Shown: positions 19,766-28,947 of the stretch, piece by piece | Position numbering within the stretch: the first letter of the stretch is position 1 | Layout of the letters: the number at the start of each line of letters is the position of its first letter | Assembly: GCA_040905045.1 (NCBI GenBank) | Contig: JBBDSH010000091.1 | Span: 1,995-65,994 of the forward strand | Direction of reading: 5' to 3' | DNA: 64,000 nucleotides | From: Gammaproteobacteria bacterium | GTDB lineage: Bacteria > Pseudomonadota > Gammaproteobacteria > Eutrophobiales > Eutrophobiaceae | Translations under genes and position numbers: made by a program | Notes under the pieces: generated by a model | Databases searched by the model: none | Told to the model about the DNA's origin: nothing | The model's input: only the letters and a program-made list of their open reading frames with translations

Positions 19766-22393
19766 ATGCGTTTACTCAGGAAAACCGGCCTGCAGCTGCT
19801 TAAAAACTGGATCGACCTGGTACAGAAGTACCGGGTCGCGGTCATTCTTGTCGCCGTAATATCGGCGGTGTCCGCCTTCCATTATACCGTCAATAACATC
19901 GGTATGGATTCGGATACCAAGGATCTGCTGTCGGAAGATCTGCAATGGCAGAAACTGGACCGGGCCTACGAACGGCATTTTCCCCAATACCTGGATAATG
20001 TCCTGGTCGTCGTCGAAGCCGACACGCCGGATCAGGCCATGGACGCGGCACGCGCCCTGTATGATGAATTCGGCCGGGGAGAGGATAGCATCTCCGGCGT
20101 CTATTACCCCTATGCCCTGGAAATCATCCGGCAGTCCTCGCTGCTGTTCCTGAACACCGGCGAACTGCAGGATCTTGCCGATAATCTCGCCGCTATACAG
20201 CCGTTTCTCTCCAAGCTGACTGAAGATCAGACCCTGCGCGGGCTTTTCGACATGCTGTCGGATGCCATCGACGCCATGGAAGACGGTGAAGAGATCGATA
20301 TCGAGCCTCTGTTGCGGCAGATTAATACCGCGATCACAAGCGTCGAGGACAACAAGCCGTTTCGTGTTTCCTGGCAGCACCTCATGCGCGGTGAGGAAAC
20401 AGAAAAGGATGTTTACCGTGAATATATCGTCCTGCAACCTGAACTCAACTACAGCAAACTGTTCCCCGTCGCGACGGCCATCGAAAAAATCCGTGAGCGG
20501 ATCAAGCAGGCGCATCTGTCCGGGATCGGCGCCCGGGTTAATCTGACCGGCAGCGCCATGCTGGCGCATGAGGAAATGAAAAGCGTTACCCGTGGAACCG
20601 GTATCGCATTGGGACTGGCACTGCTGGTCGTCACGGTCATCATGTGGCTGGGCCTGGGTTCGGTGCGTCTGGTTATAGCCAGCCTGCTGACCCTGATTAC
20701 GGGGTTGATATTCACCGCCGGTTTCGCCACCGCGGCCATCGGCAACCTGAATCTCATTTCGGTCGCCTTCGCGGTGCTGTACATCGGCCTGGGCGTGGAT
20801 TTCGCCATCCACTATTGCCTGCGCTACCGGGAGCTGCTGGCCAATGACATGGACAAGCACGACGCCATCGACGAGTCTTCCCTGAACACCGGCCGATCGC
20901 TGTTCCTCTGCACCATGACAACGGCCATCGGTTTTTTCGCCTTTGTTCCCACCGACTACGACGGCGTCGCGGAACTGGGCCTGATCTCCGGCGTCGGCAT
21001 GTTCATCAGCCTGATCGTCACCATGACGCTGCTGCCGGCGCTGCTCAGCCTGCTGCCCCTGAAAAAACCGGTTCAAATGCGATCCCCGGGTCTGCCGTTA
21101 CCGCGCCGGATCGGGGCCTTCCCCCTGACCCACGCCCGCAGCGTGCGCTGGACGGCACTGCTGCTGAGTGTCCTGGCCCTCGCCGCCGCCACCCAGATCC
21201 GGTTTGATTACAACACGCTGAATCTGCAGAACGCCGACAATGAATCCGTCATTACCTTCAAATCCCTGCTCTCGGATCCGGATACCTCGCCCTGGCGCGG
21301 GGTCATCGTGGCGCAAGGCCGGGATGATGCTCAACGAACCATGACACAACTGGAAGCACTGCCGGTGGTCGAGGATGTCATCTGGCTGGAGGACTTTATC
21401 CCCGGCAACCAGCCGGAAAAACTGGCCATTATAGAGGAAATGAATCTGCTTCTGTTCGGCCTGCCGCAGCCCGGTGAGGTATCCTCGAACATTACCACCG
21501 GTGAACAATACGACGCGGTCCGGGAATTCAATGACAGACTCGGGCAGACGCCGTTGCTGGAAACCGAACCGGTCATGAACCGGCTGCATCGGGATCTGTC
21601 CGCGTACGTGGACAATCTCGAACAGATGGGAGCCGACGAGCGGGCACGCTCGCTGGAGACATTATCGGAAAGTATCCTGGCCTCCCTGCCCGGGCGTCTG
21701 CAGACCCTGCGGGAATCCCTGCAGGCCGTTGCCGTTTCCGTCGAGGATCTGCCGCAACAAATTGTCCGCCGCTGGCGCAGCGACGAGGACGGTTATCTGC
21801 TTGAAATCATGCCGGTGGAAAACCTGATGGACAACGGCGCCATGCGCCGGTTCGTAAAAGAGATCCAGAAGCGGGACGAACGCCTCATCGGTGCGCCCGT
21901 GGTGACACTGGAGGCCAGTGACGCGGTGGTCGGTGCCTTTGCACAGGCTTTTCTGTACGCTTTTGCGGTGATCGCGCTGTTTCTGTTTATCGTACTTAAA
22001 CACAAGCGTGATGCGATTTACATATTGACACCACTGACTATGGCCGCCGTCTTCACCGCATCGGCTACCGTGTTGCTGGACATGCCGTTCAACTTCGCCA
22101 ACATTATCGCCCTGCCGTTGCTGCTGGGGATCGGCGTCGACAGCGGCATCCATATTCTGCATCGTTACCGCACCGCGCTGCCGGCGCACAAAAATATACT
22201 GGCCACCAGTACCGCACGGGCGGTGGTGGTCAGCGCCCTGACCACCATGGGCAGTATCGGCAACCTGGCCTTTTCGCACCATACCGGTACCGCCAGCATG
22301 GGCAAACTGCTGACCCTGGGGATAGCCGTGACACTGATTTGCATGCTGATAATATTGCCGAGTCTGCTGGCCCGGGAGAACAGGAGTCAGTAA
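19766..22393 (+). CDS. hpnN: RND/MMPL-type transporter, hopanoid-associated HpnN-like
   Basis: 875 aa. It has two 6-TM bundles, each preceded by a large soluble loop, and sits in hopanoid gene context. Confidence 0.75.
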   Translation: MRLLRKTGLQLLKNWIDLVQKYRVAVILVAVISAVSAFHYTVNNIGMDSDTKDLLSEDLQWQKLDRAYERHFPQYLDNVLVVVEADTPDQAMDAARALYDEFGRGEDSISGVYYPYALEIIRQSSLLFLNTGELQDLADNLAAIQPFLSKLTEDQTLRGLFDMLSDAIDAMEDGEEIDIEPLLRQINTAITSVEDNKPFRVSWQHLMRGEETEKDVYREYIVLQPELNYSKLFPVATAIEKIRERIKQAHLSGIGARVNLTGSAMLAHEEMKSVTRGTGIALGLALLVVTVIMWLGLGSVRLVIASLLTLITGLIFTAGFATAAIGNLNLISVAFAVLYIGLGVDFAIHYCLRYRELLANDMDKHDAIDESSLNTGRSLFLCTMTTAIGFFAFVPTDYDGVAELGLISGVGMFISLIVTMTLLPALLSLLPLKKPVQMRSPGLPLPRRIGAFPLTHARSVRWTALLLSVLALAAATQIRFDYNTLNLQNADNESVITFKSLLSDPDTSPWRGVIVAQGRDDAQRTMTQLEALPVVEDVIWLEDFIPGNQPEKLAIIEEMNLLLFGLPQPGEVSSNITTGEQYDAVREFNDRLGQTPLLETEPVMNRLHRDLSAYVDNLEQMGADERARSLETLSESILASLPGRLQTLRESLQAVAVSVEDLPQQIVRRWRSDEDGYLLEIMPVENLMDNGAMRRFVKEIQKRDERLIGAPVVTLEASDAVVGAFAQAFLYAFAVIALFLFIVLKHKRDAIYILTPLTMAAVFTASATVLLDMPFNFANIIALPLLLGIGVDSGIHILHRYRTALPAHKNILATSTARAVVVSALTTMGSIGNLAFSHHTGTASMGKLLTLGIAVTLICMLIILPSLLARENRSQ

Positions 22394-22715
22394 TCGGGAG
22401 TTGGGAGGTGAGAACAAACTGCGAAGAAGTGCCGCTCCCTGGCACGAAACTCTTCCTTGAAACGGCGCGGGGAGAGACGTCCTGTCAGCATGTCATCCAT
22501 AAGCTACTTCCCTTTATCCCCGCCATCGACTATAGGCCCGACCGCAACCGCTGACTATCCCCTCATGGGGGTATAACCCCTATCCCCTATTCCGGGTATC
22601 AGGACTGATTGTTTCTTTGCTGAACATACAGATACAGGAATCAACAGCGTGAAAACAGTCAGTAAAGTTTTTTATTTTTCAGCAGAATTTGTGGGTATCG
22701 GAAGGGCAATAGTTA

Positions 22716-22865
22716 ATCTCGCCAAGCACGCCAAGAGCGCAAAGAGTTTTACTGTTCACTCAATCAACCCATTGACGGTGCGAATGATCCCGTCCTTAGA
22801 GACTATTCCCTTGGCGTTCTTGGCGTTCCTGGATCGGAGTCCAGGACAGGCTTTGCGAGAGTCCT
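22716..22865. repeat. 9-mer-array hairpin element, copy A1
   Basis: The left arm is ATCT-CGCCAAGCA-CGCCAAGAG-CGCAAAGAG (22716-22746). The right arm is CTTGGCGTT-CTTGGCGTT..CTTTGCGAGAG (22809-22865) and is interrupted by the 25-nt hairpin module at 22828-22852. Confidence 0.75.
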
Positions 22866-22926
22866 TTGAAAAATTATCCCGGAATATTGTGCTCGATCTC
22901 AAGGCCCACGGGCTCAAAAATCCGCC

Positions 22927-23991
22927 TCAGGTTCTTGCCTCGATCCAGTCGGCAATGGCGGGCGGCAGGAGTTGCTGTGACCGGGCACTGACGTAGAGTC
23001 CGATGTGCCCGCCGGGGAATTCCAGTTCCGTGTAATCTTCCGTGCCCAGGCATCCGGCCAGCGCCTTGCTGGCGTCTGACGGCACAATGTGATCGTCCCG
23101 GGCAAAGATGTTCATAACAGGAATGGTTATTTGTTCCAGATCCACCGTCTTGCCGCCGATTTCGATACTGCCCTTGACCAGCCTGTTTTCCTGATAAAAT
23201 TGTTTGACGAAATCGCGGAACGCTTCACCCGCCTGATCGGGACTGTCAAATATCCATTTTTCCATGCGCAGGAAGTTCGCCGCCTGATCCGGATCATCGA
23301 GTATATCAACCAGATCCACGTATTTTTTTCCCATCAGCCTGAACGGTTTCAGCATTAAAAAGAGCCAGTTGAGAAATTCACCCGGGATGTTGCCCATACT
23401 GTCAACGCATTGATCCACATCCACATGCCGAACCAGATGGCTCAAAAGATCATGGCGAGTATGAAAATCCACCGGCGTCACCGTCGTTATCAGGTTTTTT
23501 ACCTTCGCTTGATGCAACGCCGTATAGCAGAGACTGAACGTACCGCCCTGGCAAATACCCAGTACATTGATCCTGTCCAGATCATGGGCGGCGAGGATCA
23601 CATCGACACAACGATCCAGATAACCGTTGATGTAATCATTCAGGGACAGATGACAGTCCGACTCGTCCGGATAACCCCAGTCAATCAGGTAAACGTCCAG
23701 ACCCCGGTCCAGCAATCCCCGGATCAACGAACGGCCCTCCTCCAGATCCGCCATATAGGGTCTGTTAACCAGGGCGTAAACAATCAGGATCGGGACGGGA
23801 TTCAGCACCTCCGCCCTGGCTCGGTAACGGTACAAGACAATCTTGTCTTCACTGTAAACGGCATCTTTCGGCGTTGGCCCGACCTCGATATCTCCCAGCC
23901 CGGATAATGTGTCAAAGCCTCGGACAAGACGGGAATAATACGCGTGTATCTCCGCCGGGATACTCTCGGGATCAATATTGAACGGGTTCAT
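22927..23991 (-). CDS. phaC: class III poly(R)-hydroxyalkanoate synthase, catalytic subunit
   Basis: 354 aa from ATG 23991 (MNPFNIDPESIP...). It carries the lipase-box-like GICQGG and has the length and layout of Allochromatium-type PhaC. The longer track start at 24087 overlaps phaE. Confidence 0.9.
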   Translation of the reverse strand: MNPFNIDPESIPAEIHAYYSRLVRGFDTLSGLGDIEVGPTPKDAVYSEDKIVLYRYRARAEVLNPVPILIVYALVNRPYMADLEEGRSLIRGLLDRGLDVYLIDWGYPDESDCHLSLNDYINGYLDRCVDVILAAHDLDRINVLGICQGGTFSLCYTALHQAKVKNLITTVTPVDFHTRHDLLSHLVRHVDVDQCVDSMGNIPGEFLNWLFLMLKPFRLMGKKYVDLVDILDDPDQAANFLRMEKWIFDSPDQAGEAFRDFVKQFYQENRLVKGSIEIGGKTVDLEQITIPVMNIFARDDHIVPSDASKALAGCLGTEDYTELEFPGGHIGLYVSARSQQLLPPAIADWIEART

Positions 23992-24025
23992 GTCAGTGAT
24001 CTTCCATGGCGTGCCGTCGTTATCG

Positions 24026-25144
24026 TCATGATCGCTTTCCCCTGCGCGATCCTTTATCTTCGTCACCCAATGCATCCATATCATCACGCAGCTGTTTCAA
24101 TTCACGCCTCAGGTCTTCGATTGTGGAGCGCAGTTCCTGTTGTTCTTTCTCGTTATGACGCAACGCATCCTGCAAAACCTGCTGACTGTCGAGAATATTC
24201 TTCATTTCCCGGCCGGCGGGGATGTCCAGTTGTTTGTAAAAATCCTGCAGCACGGCACGGCTCTGACCCCGGAATTCCATCAACAGCGAAATCATTTCCC
24301 CGTAGAGAATGGAATACTCCTCACTTTCCACGTATTTTGAAAAAACCTCTTCGTTGCTTTCCGACCATATATCGTAAAATTCTCTCAGACTGTTGATGGA
24401 TCGGTTCTTCCGTCCCATTTGCAGTATCTTCTCTTCCAGGCGATCCAGCGCCTCCTTGCCCAGCCGGGACAACACATCGCGGTATTCCCGGCACTTTTCC
24501 TGACCGGCCTGCCACAGACGCATGCTTTCCCGCACTTTTTCATATTCTTCACGAAACGGTCCGATACCCGGAAGCGACAGCAAGCGATCATTGAATTGTT
24601 GCAGGTCATCACCCAGCTGTCCGCCGAAGAGTTCGTCAGGCGGTATGGGGACAAAGGCCTGCTCCCAGGCATCGGAGAAAGAGGTTGGGGAATTATCGCC
24701 ACCGGCAGACTCGTCAAACCGGGTTTTCATCCGTTTGATATGGCGGTGCAGAATGGACTGCCATTCCTCGCCGGCGTCGGCAGCACCGGCAATCTCCCGG
24801 AGCATTTCACTGAACTGGGTGGAGAGGGAATAGAAACCGCGGGACCGGCCGAGGATACTGTCAAACACGGGTTTTGATTCTTCCGGAATCAACGGCCTCA
24901 CCGATGCCCACCATTGATCCAGCGCCCGTTGCCACTCCTCACGTTCCGGGCTGTCATGGCCGCCTGGCTTAGCTGTGAAGGATTCCAGATAACGCCGCTG
25001 GAGCTCCAGCCATTCCGGACTGAAAAAGGGATTTGTATTATCTTCCAAGTTCCCCCCGATAGGGTCGTATTGACGGGAATCATTGCATCCGCCGGAAAAG
25101 GATCTCGTCAAGCGCGCAAAGTTCGCAAAGAGATCAAAGTCCAT
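24026..25144 (-). CDS. phaE: class III PHA synthase subunit PhaE
   Basis: The conserved PhaE N-terminal motif (SPEWLELQRRYLE) begins 44 codons after ATG 25144. The first 32 codons coincide with a repeat arm, so TTG 25048 (preceded by GGGGGG) is a plausible true start. Confidence 0.8.
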   Translation of the reverse strand: MDFDLFANFARLTRSFSGGCNDSRQYDPIGGNLEDNTNPFFSPEWLELQRRYLESFTAKPGGHDSPEREEWQRALDQWWASVRPLIPEESKPVFDSILGRSRGFYSLSTQFSEMLREIAGAADAGEEWQSILHRHIKRMKTRFDESAGGDNSPTSFSDAWEQAFVPIPPDELFGGQLGDDLQQFNDRLLSLPGIGPFREEYEKVRESMRLWQAGQEKCREYRDVLSRLGKEALDRLEEKILQMGRKNRSINSLREFYDIWSESNEEVFSKYVESEEYSILYGEMISLLMEFRGQSRAVLQDFYKQLDIPAGREMKNILDSQQVLQDALRHNEKEQQELRSTIEDLRRELKQLRDDMDALGDEDKGSRRGKRS

Positions 25145-25245
25145 AATTCCTCTGCGTGCTTGGCGATCCCCGGAACAAGTCCGGGGCAGGCTTGGCGAGA
25201 TCCACCATTACCCTTCCAGATCCCCACAAATTTTGCCGAAGAGTC
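25100..25245. repeat. 9-mer-array hairpin element, copy A2
   Basis: The left arm GATCT-CGTCAAGCG-CGCAAAGTT-CGCAAAGAG (25101-25134) lies inside the annotated phaE 5' end. The right arm CTGCGTGCTTGGCGATCC..CTTGGCGAGATCC contains the hairpin module at 25168-25192. The tail ACCATTACCCTTCCAGA is shared with copy A3. Confidence 0.75.
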
Positions 25246-25377
25246 TTTATTATAGAGATCCTGCCACCGGCTTGCCTAACCGGATTTTGCAGAGGGGTGC
25301 GGGGTTATGAATTCCGGTGTTTACCAACAAGATCGGGGATTCCCTGTACCGGCCAGGTCTGACTGAATCAATACTTG

Positions 25378-25420
25378 TAAATAAAAATGCCCGGTTCACG
25401 GGGGGAGGAATGAACCGGGC
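25378..25420 (-). terminator. rho-independent terminator downstream of the phasin gene
   Basis: A 10-bp perfect stem, GCCCGGTTCA (25389-25398) / TGAACCGGGC (25411-25420). On the minus strand it is followed by ATTTTTATTTA. Confidence 0.75.
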
Positions 25421-25449
25421 ACACTCCGAACAACATTAGTCCGAAGATT

Positions 25450-25878
25450 TTAGGCGACTTTTTTCCGGCTCGACTTTGCGGGCGCCGCCGGCTTTTTCGC
25501 CGCCGGCTTCGGCTTATCGGACGGCGCAACCGCCTGTTTCACTTCCTTTTTGCCGTCTTCGAACCGCTTTTCCATCCAGGACAGTAATTCCTCCTGGGAC
25601 TCGGTGATGATACCGGTGGCTTCACGGGTCAGCTCCATCACCTTGTCGCTGTAGCTGGAGGCCAGATCGGTTTCGGCCGACAGCAGATCCTCGTATTTCT
25701 TTGCTCCCGTGAACAATCTCGCCTGTTCGACGGAACCTTCGATACCCAGACGTGCAAGACTCATATGCAAATCGGTCATCCTGCTAAAGATCCGGCTGTT
25801 TATGTCATTGAGTTCCTGCAGTCTCTCGTAGGGAAACCTGCTGTTGTCAGACATCATGTTGAGAATTTCGTTCGTCAT
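25450..25878 (-). CDS. phasin-family PHA granule-associated protein
   Basis: 142 aa from ATG 25878 (MTNEILNMMSDNS...). It has a helical core and a Lys/Ala/Pro-rich tail (KPKPAAKKPAAPAKSSRKKVA). It lies directly upstream of phaEC. Confidence 0.6.
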   Translation of the reverse strand: MTNEILNMMSDNSRFPYERLQELNDINSRIFSRMTDLHMSLARLGIEGSVEQARLFTGAKKYEDLLSAETDLASSYSDKVMELTREATGIITESQEELLSWMEKRFEDGKKEVKQAVAPSDKPKPAAKKPAAPAKSSRKKVA

Positions 25879-25903
25879 CGCCCTGCTCCTGTATGTGTGG
25901 ACT

Positions 25904-25946
25904 GGACTATTGTGCAATGCATCAATATTGCACTGCACAATAGTCC
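25904..25946. promoter_or_regulatory. candidate operator palindrome in the phasin promoter region
   Basis: GGACTATTGTGCA (25904-25916) and TGCACAATAGTCC (25934-25946) form a 13-bp perfect inverted repeat. The spacer is TGCA-rich, and a third half-site-like ACTATTGTCAA begins at 25955. It lies 26-68 nt upstream of the phasin ATG. Confidence 0.4.
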
Positions 25947-26055
25947 ACTCGGTTACTATTGTCAACCAATACCCGTTAATGGGCATCTATTGTTTCAGAC
26001 AAGAATTTTCCCTGCGATTACAGGTAATTACAGAATTTTCCCGAGCGTGCGGCGG

Positions 26056-26610
26056 TCAGAAATTCGGCTGCTTGTGCCTGGGCAGCCGGGCGTATCGCTC
26101 GAGGGAGTCGGTGATGACGGCTTTGGCGGTCGCAGCGTCCTTCCAGCCTTCCACGCTTACCCACTTGTCCGGCTCCAAATCCTTGTAATGTTCGAAGAAA
26201 TGTCTGATCAAATCCAGCAGTGCCGGTTGCATGTCCTCGGGTGAAGACACATTCTGATGAAAACGGGACACCTTGTCCGTGGGCACGGCCAGAACCTTGC
26301 CGTCATCCCCCGCTTCGTCCGCCATATCCAGCAGGCCGATAGGCCGGCAGGTAATTACGGAACCGTGGATCAGGGGCATGGGAGTGGCAATGATCACGTC
26401 CACCGGATCGTCGTCTTCGGCCAGGGTGCGCGGGACATAGCCGTAATTGCAGGGATAACGCATGGAGGTATTTAGAAATCGATCCACGAACATGGCGCCG
26501 GTGGCCTTGTCGATTTCATATTTCACCGGATCACCCTGTATGGGTATTTCGACGATGACGTTGATTTCCTCGGGCGCGTTCTCTCCGGGCCCGACACGTT
26601 CAAGATTCAT
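26056..26610 (-). CDS. ppa: inorganic pyrophosphatase (family I)
   Basis: 184 aa. EIPIQGDPVKYEIDK, RYPCNYGYVPRTL, DDPVDV and DEAGDDGKVLAVP are classic Ppa motifs. Confidence 0.9.
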   Translation of the reverse strand: MNLERVGPGENAPEEINVIVEIPIQGDPVKYEIDKATGAMFVDRFLNTSMRYPCNYGYVPRTLAEDDDPVDVIIATPMPLIHGSVITCRPIGLLDMADEAGDDGKVLAVPTDKVSRFHQNVSSPEDMQPALLDLIRHFFEHYKDLEPDKWVSVEGWKDAATAKAVITDSLERYARLPRHKQPNF

Positions 26611-26639
26611 GAGTCGATTTCCTCAATCTAAGTAAGTGT

Positions 26640-26836
26640 TCCGAATTCCACTCCAGCCGCTGTAGTCGGAGTGGATAAGGACGGAGTCATGGGGCATTGG
26701 AGCGACTAGCGCCATGGACGAGCGCGGGACCGAGCCAGGGATGGCTCGGGGAGCGGAGATGCCCCATGACTCCGTCCTTTCTCCCGGCCAATCTCTCATT
26801 CTCAACACTTGAGCAACAACTCTACTGGAATTCGGA
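26640..26836. repeat. long nested hairpin element between ppa and acs
   Basis: Outer 11-bp IR TCCGAATTCCA (26640-26650) / TGGAATTCGGA (26826-26836). Inner 21-bp perfect IR AAGGACGGAGTCATGGGGCAT (26677-26697) / 26759-26779. Small internal stems are also present (CCACTCC..GGAGTGG and CGAGCC..GGCTCG). Confidence 0.8.
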
Positions 26837-26855
26837 GCATCTATTTAGTGCTCTT

Positions 26856-28793
26856 TCAGGGTAATTTGCGGTTGCGGATCAACTCATCCACCACGGAAGG
26901 ATCCGCCAGGGTGCTGGTATCGCCGAGATTGTCCAGCTCATCGGCGGCCACCTTGCGCAGTATCCGGCGCATGATCTTGCCGGAACGGGTCTTCGGCAGT
27001 CCCGGCGCCCACTGGATCACGTCCGGCGTGGCAATGGGGCCAATCTCTTTGCGGACCAGTTGCACAAGTTCCTTGCGCAATTCCTCGGAGGGCTCGATAC
27101 CCGACATCAGGGTGACATAGGCGTATATGCCCTGCCCCTTGATATCGTGTGGAAATCCGACCACAGCCGCTTCGGCGACATCGTCGTGCAGGACCAGGGC
27201 ACTCTCCACTTCGGCCGTGCCCATGCGATGACCCGATACGTTAATGACATCATCCACGCGACCGGTGATCCAGTAATAACCGTCTTTGTCCCGCATGGCA
27301 CCGTCACCGGAAAAGTATTTCCCCTTGAAAGAACTGAAATAGGTCTGGACAAAACGATCATGGTCCCCGTACACGGTGCGCATCTGGCCCGGCCAGGAAC
27401 GCTTCATGCACAGGGAACCGGCCGCCTCGCCTTCCAGTTCATTGCCCTGATCGTCAACAATGCAGGGCTCGATACCGAAAAACGGCCACGTCGCCGAGCC
27501 GGGTTTCAGAGGCGTGGCTCCAGGCAGGGGCGTGATCAGGATGCCGCCGGTTTCCGTTTGCCACCAGGTATCCATGAGCGGGCAACGGCCGTTGCCCACA
27601 ACATGGTAATACCATTCCCAGGCCTCGGGATTGATGGGCTCGCCGACGCTGCCCAGAACACGCAGGGATTCACGGCTGGTGCGCGTGACGTAGTCATCCC
27701 CCTGGCCGTGCAGGGCGCGGATGGCGGTAGGCGCGGTATAAAAGATATTGACCTTGTGTTTGTCGATCACCTGCCAGAAACGGCCGGCGTCGGGATAGGT
27801 GGGCACACCCTCGAACATCAGTGTCGTGGCGCCGTTGCATAACGGACCGTAGACGATATATGAATGGCCGGTGACCCAGCCCACGTCCGCCGCGCACCAG
27901 TAGATATCGCCGTCGTGATAATCGAAGACATACTTGTGGGTCATGGCCGTAAAGAGCAGATAACCGCCGGTGGTATGCAGCACGCCCTTGGGCTTGCCGG
28001 TGGAACCGGAAGTGTAGAGGATATACAGGGGATCCTCGGCGTCCATCTCCTCGGGCGGGCAATCGCTTGATACAGTTTCCATGGCTTCGTGATACCAGAC
28101 ATCCCGTTCCTCGTTCCAGGCGATATCACCGCCGCTGCGCTTTACGACCAAAACAGTACTGACGCCGGGACAGGATTCCAGCGCCGTATCCACATTGCCT
28201 TTCAGGGGCGTGATGCGGCCGCCGCGGACGCTCTCGTCGGCGGTCACGACCACGCGGCAGTCGGAATCCAGAATACGATCCCGCAGGGCGGCGGGGGAAA
28301 AACCGCCGAACACCACCGAATGCACGGCCCCGATACGGGCACAGGCCTGCATGGCCATCGCCGCCTCCGGGATCATGGGCATATAAATAGCAACGCGGTC
28401 GCCTTTTTTCACGCCGCGGGATTTAAGGACATTGGCGAAGCGGCAGACCTGTTCATACAATTCGCGGTAGGTAACGGTTTTGTCCGTGTCCGGTTCGTCC
28501 CCCTCCCAGATAATTGCAGGCTGATCGCCGCGTGTCTCCAGGTGCCGATCGATACAATTATAGGAAACATTCAAACGGCCATTGATAAACCACTTGATAT
28601 CCGCACTGTCGTAATCCCACTCCTGTACTTTGTCCCACTTTTTAAACCAGTCTATGAACATCTCCGCCTGTTCCGCCCAGAAACCGTCGGAATCCTCAAT
28701 GGAGCGTTTGTACATGGTCTGATACTGTTCTTCGGTAATATGGGCCTGTGTACGGATATTCTCCGGCACCGGATAGACTTTCACGTCGGACAT
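26856..28793 (-). CDS. acs: acetyl-CoA synthetase (AMP-forming)
   Basis: 645 aa. [15 protein letters not shown] and SGKIMRR motifs are present, and the protein looks like Acs along its full length. Confidence 0.95.
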   Translation of the reverse strand: MSDVKVYPVPENIRTQAHITEEQYQTMYKRSIEDSDGFWAEQAEMFIDWFKKWDKVQEWDYDSADIKWFINGRLNVSYNCIDRHLETRGDQPAIIWEGDEPDTDKTVTYRELYEQVCRFANVLKSRGVKKGDRVAIYMPMIPEAAMAMQACARIGAVHSVVFGGFSPAALRDRILDSDCRVVVTADESVRGGRITPLKGNVDTALESCPGVSTVLVVKRSGGDIAWNEERDVWYHEAMETVSSDCPPEEMDAEDPLYILYTSGSTGKPKGVLHTTGGYLLFTAMTHKYVFDYHDGDIYWCAADVGWVTGHSYIVYGPLCNGATTLMFEGVPTYPDAGRFWQVIDKHKVNIFYTAPTAIRALHGQGDDYVTRTSRESLRVLGSVGEPINPEAWEWYYHVVGNGRCPLMDTWWQTETGGILITPLPGATPLKPGSATWPFFGIEPCIVDDQGNELEGEAAGSLCMKRSWPGQMRTVYGDHDRFVQTYFSSFKGKYFSGDGAMRDKDGYYWITGRVDDVINVSGHRMGTAEVESALVLHDDVAEAAVVGFPHDIKGQGIYAYVTLMSGIEPSEELRKELVQLVRKEIGPIATPDVIQWAPGLPKTRSGKIMRRILRKVAADELDNLGDTSTLADPSVVDELIRNRKLP

Positions 28794-28881
28794 AAAAACG
28801 CTCCCCTGGAGAAATTTCGTTGACTCGATTGTAGCGTGAGACCGCCGGCAAGGAAAATCAAACGGGTTTTAGTGTTAACCA

Positions 28882-28908
28882 CTTGAAATAACGGCCGTAA
28901 ACCCATAT
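28882..28908 (+). promoter_or_regulatory. candidate sigma-32 (heat-shock) promoter of lon
   Basis: CTTGAAA (28882-28888), a 13-nt spacer, then CCCATAT (28902-28908). This matches the CTTGAA-N13-15-CCCCATnT consensus and lies about 40 nt upstream of the lon ATG. Confidence 0.5.
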
Positions 28909-28947
28909 GAATGAATCCATACTCACAATCAAACAGACTCCCCGCAT

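Noticed and set aside
22394-22650. A search for tRNA or small RNA genes in the larger spacers (22394-22650, 37978-38138, 38463-38578 and 45909-46100).
   Set aside because: I saw no cloverleaf-compatible acceptor or T-arm pattern and no conserved sRNA signature. A covariance-model scan would be needed to exclude them formally.
22649-22996. A 115-aa ORF (+) in the hpnN-phaC spacer. Similar repeat-spanning ORFs are 25083..25310 (+) and 39578..39856 (-).
   Set aside because: They are read through the 9-mer repeat arms (which are stop-free because the unit is a multiple of 3) and overlap real gene ends. Their sequences are low-complexity with no family resemblance.
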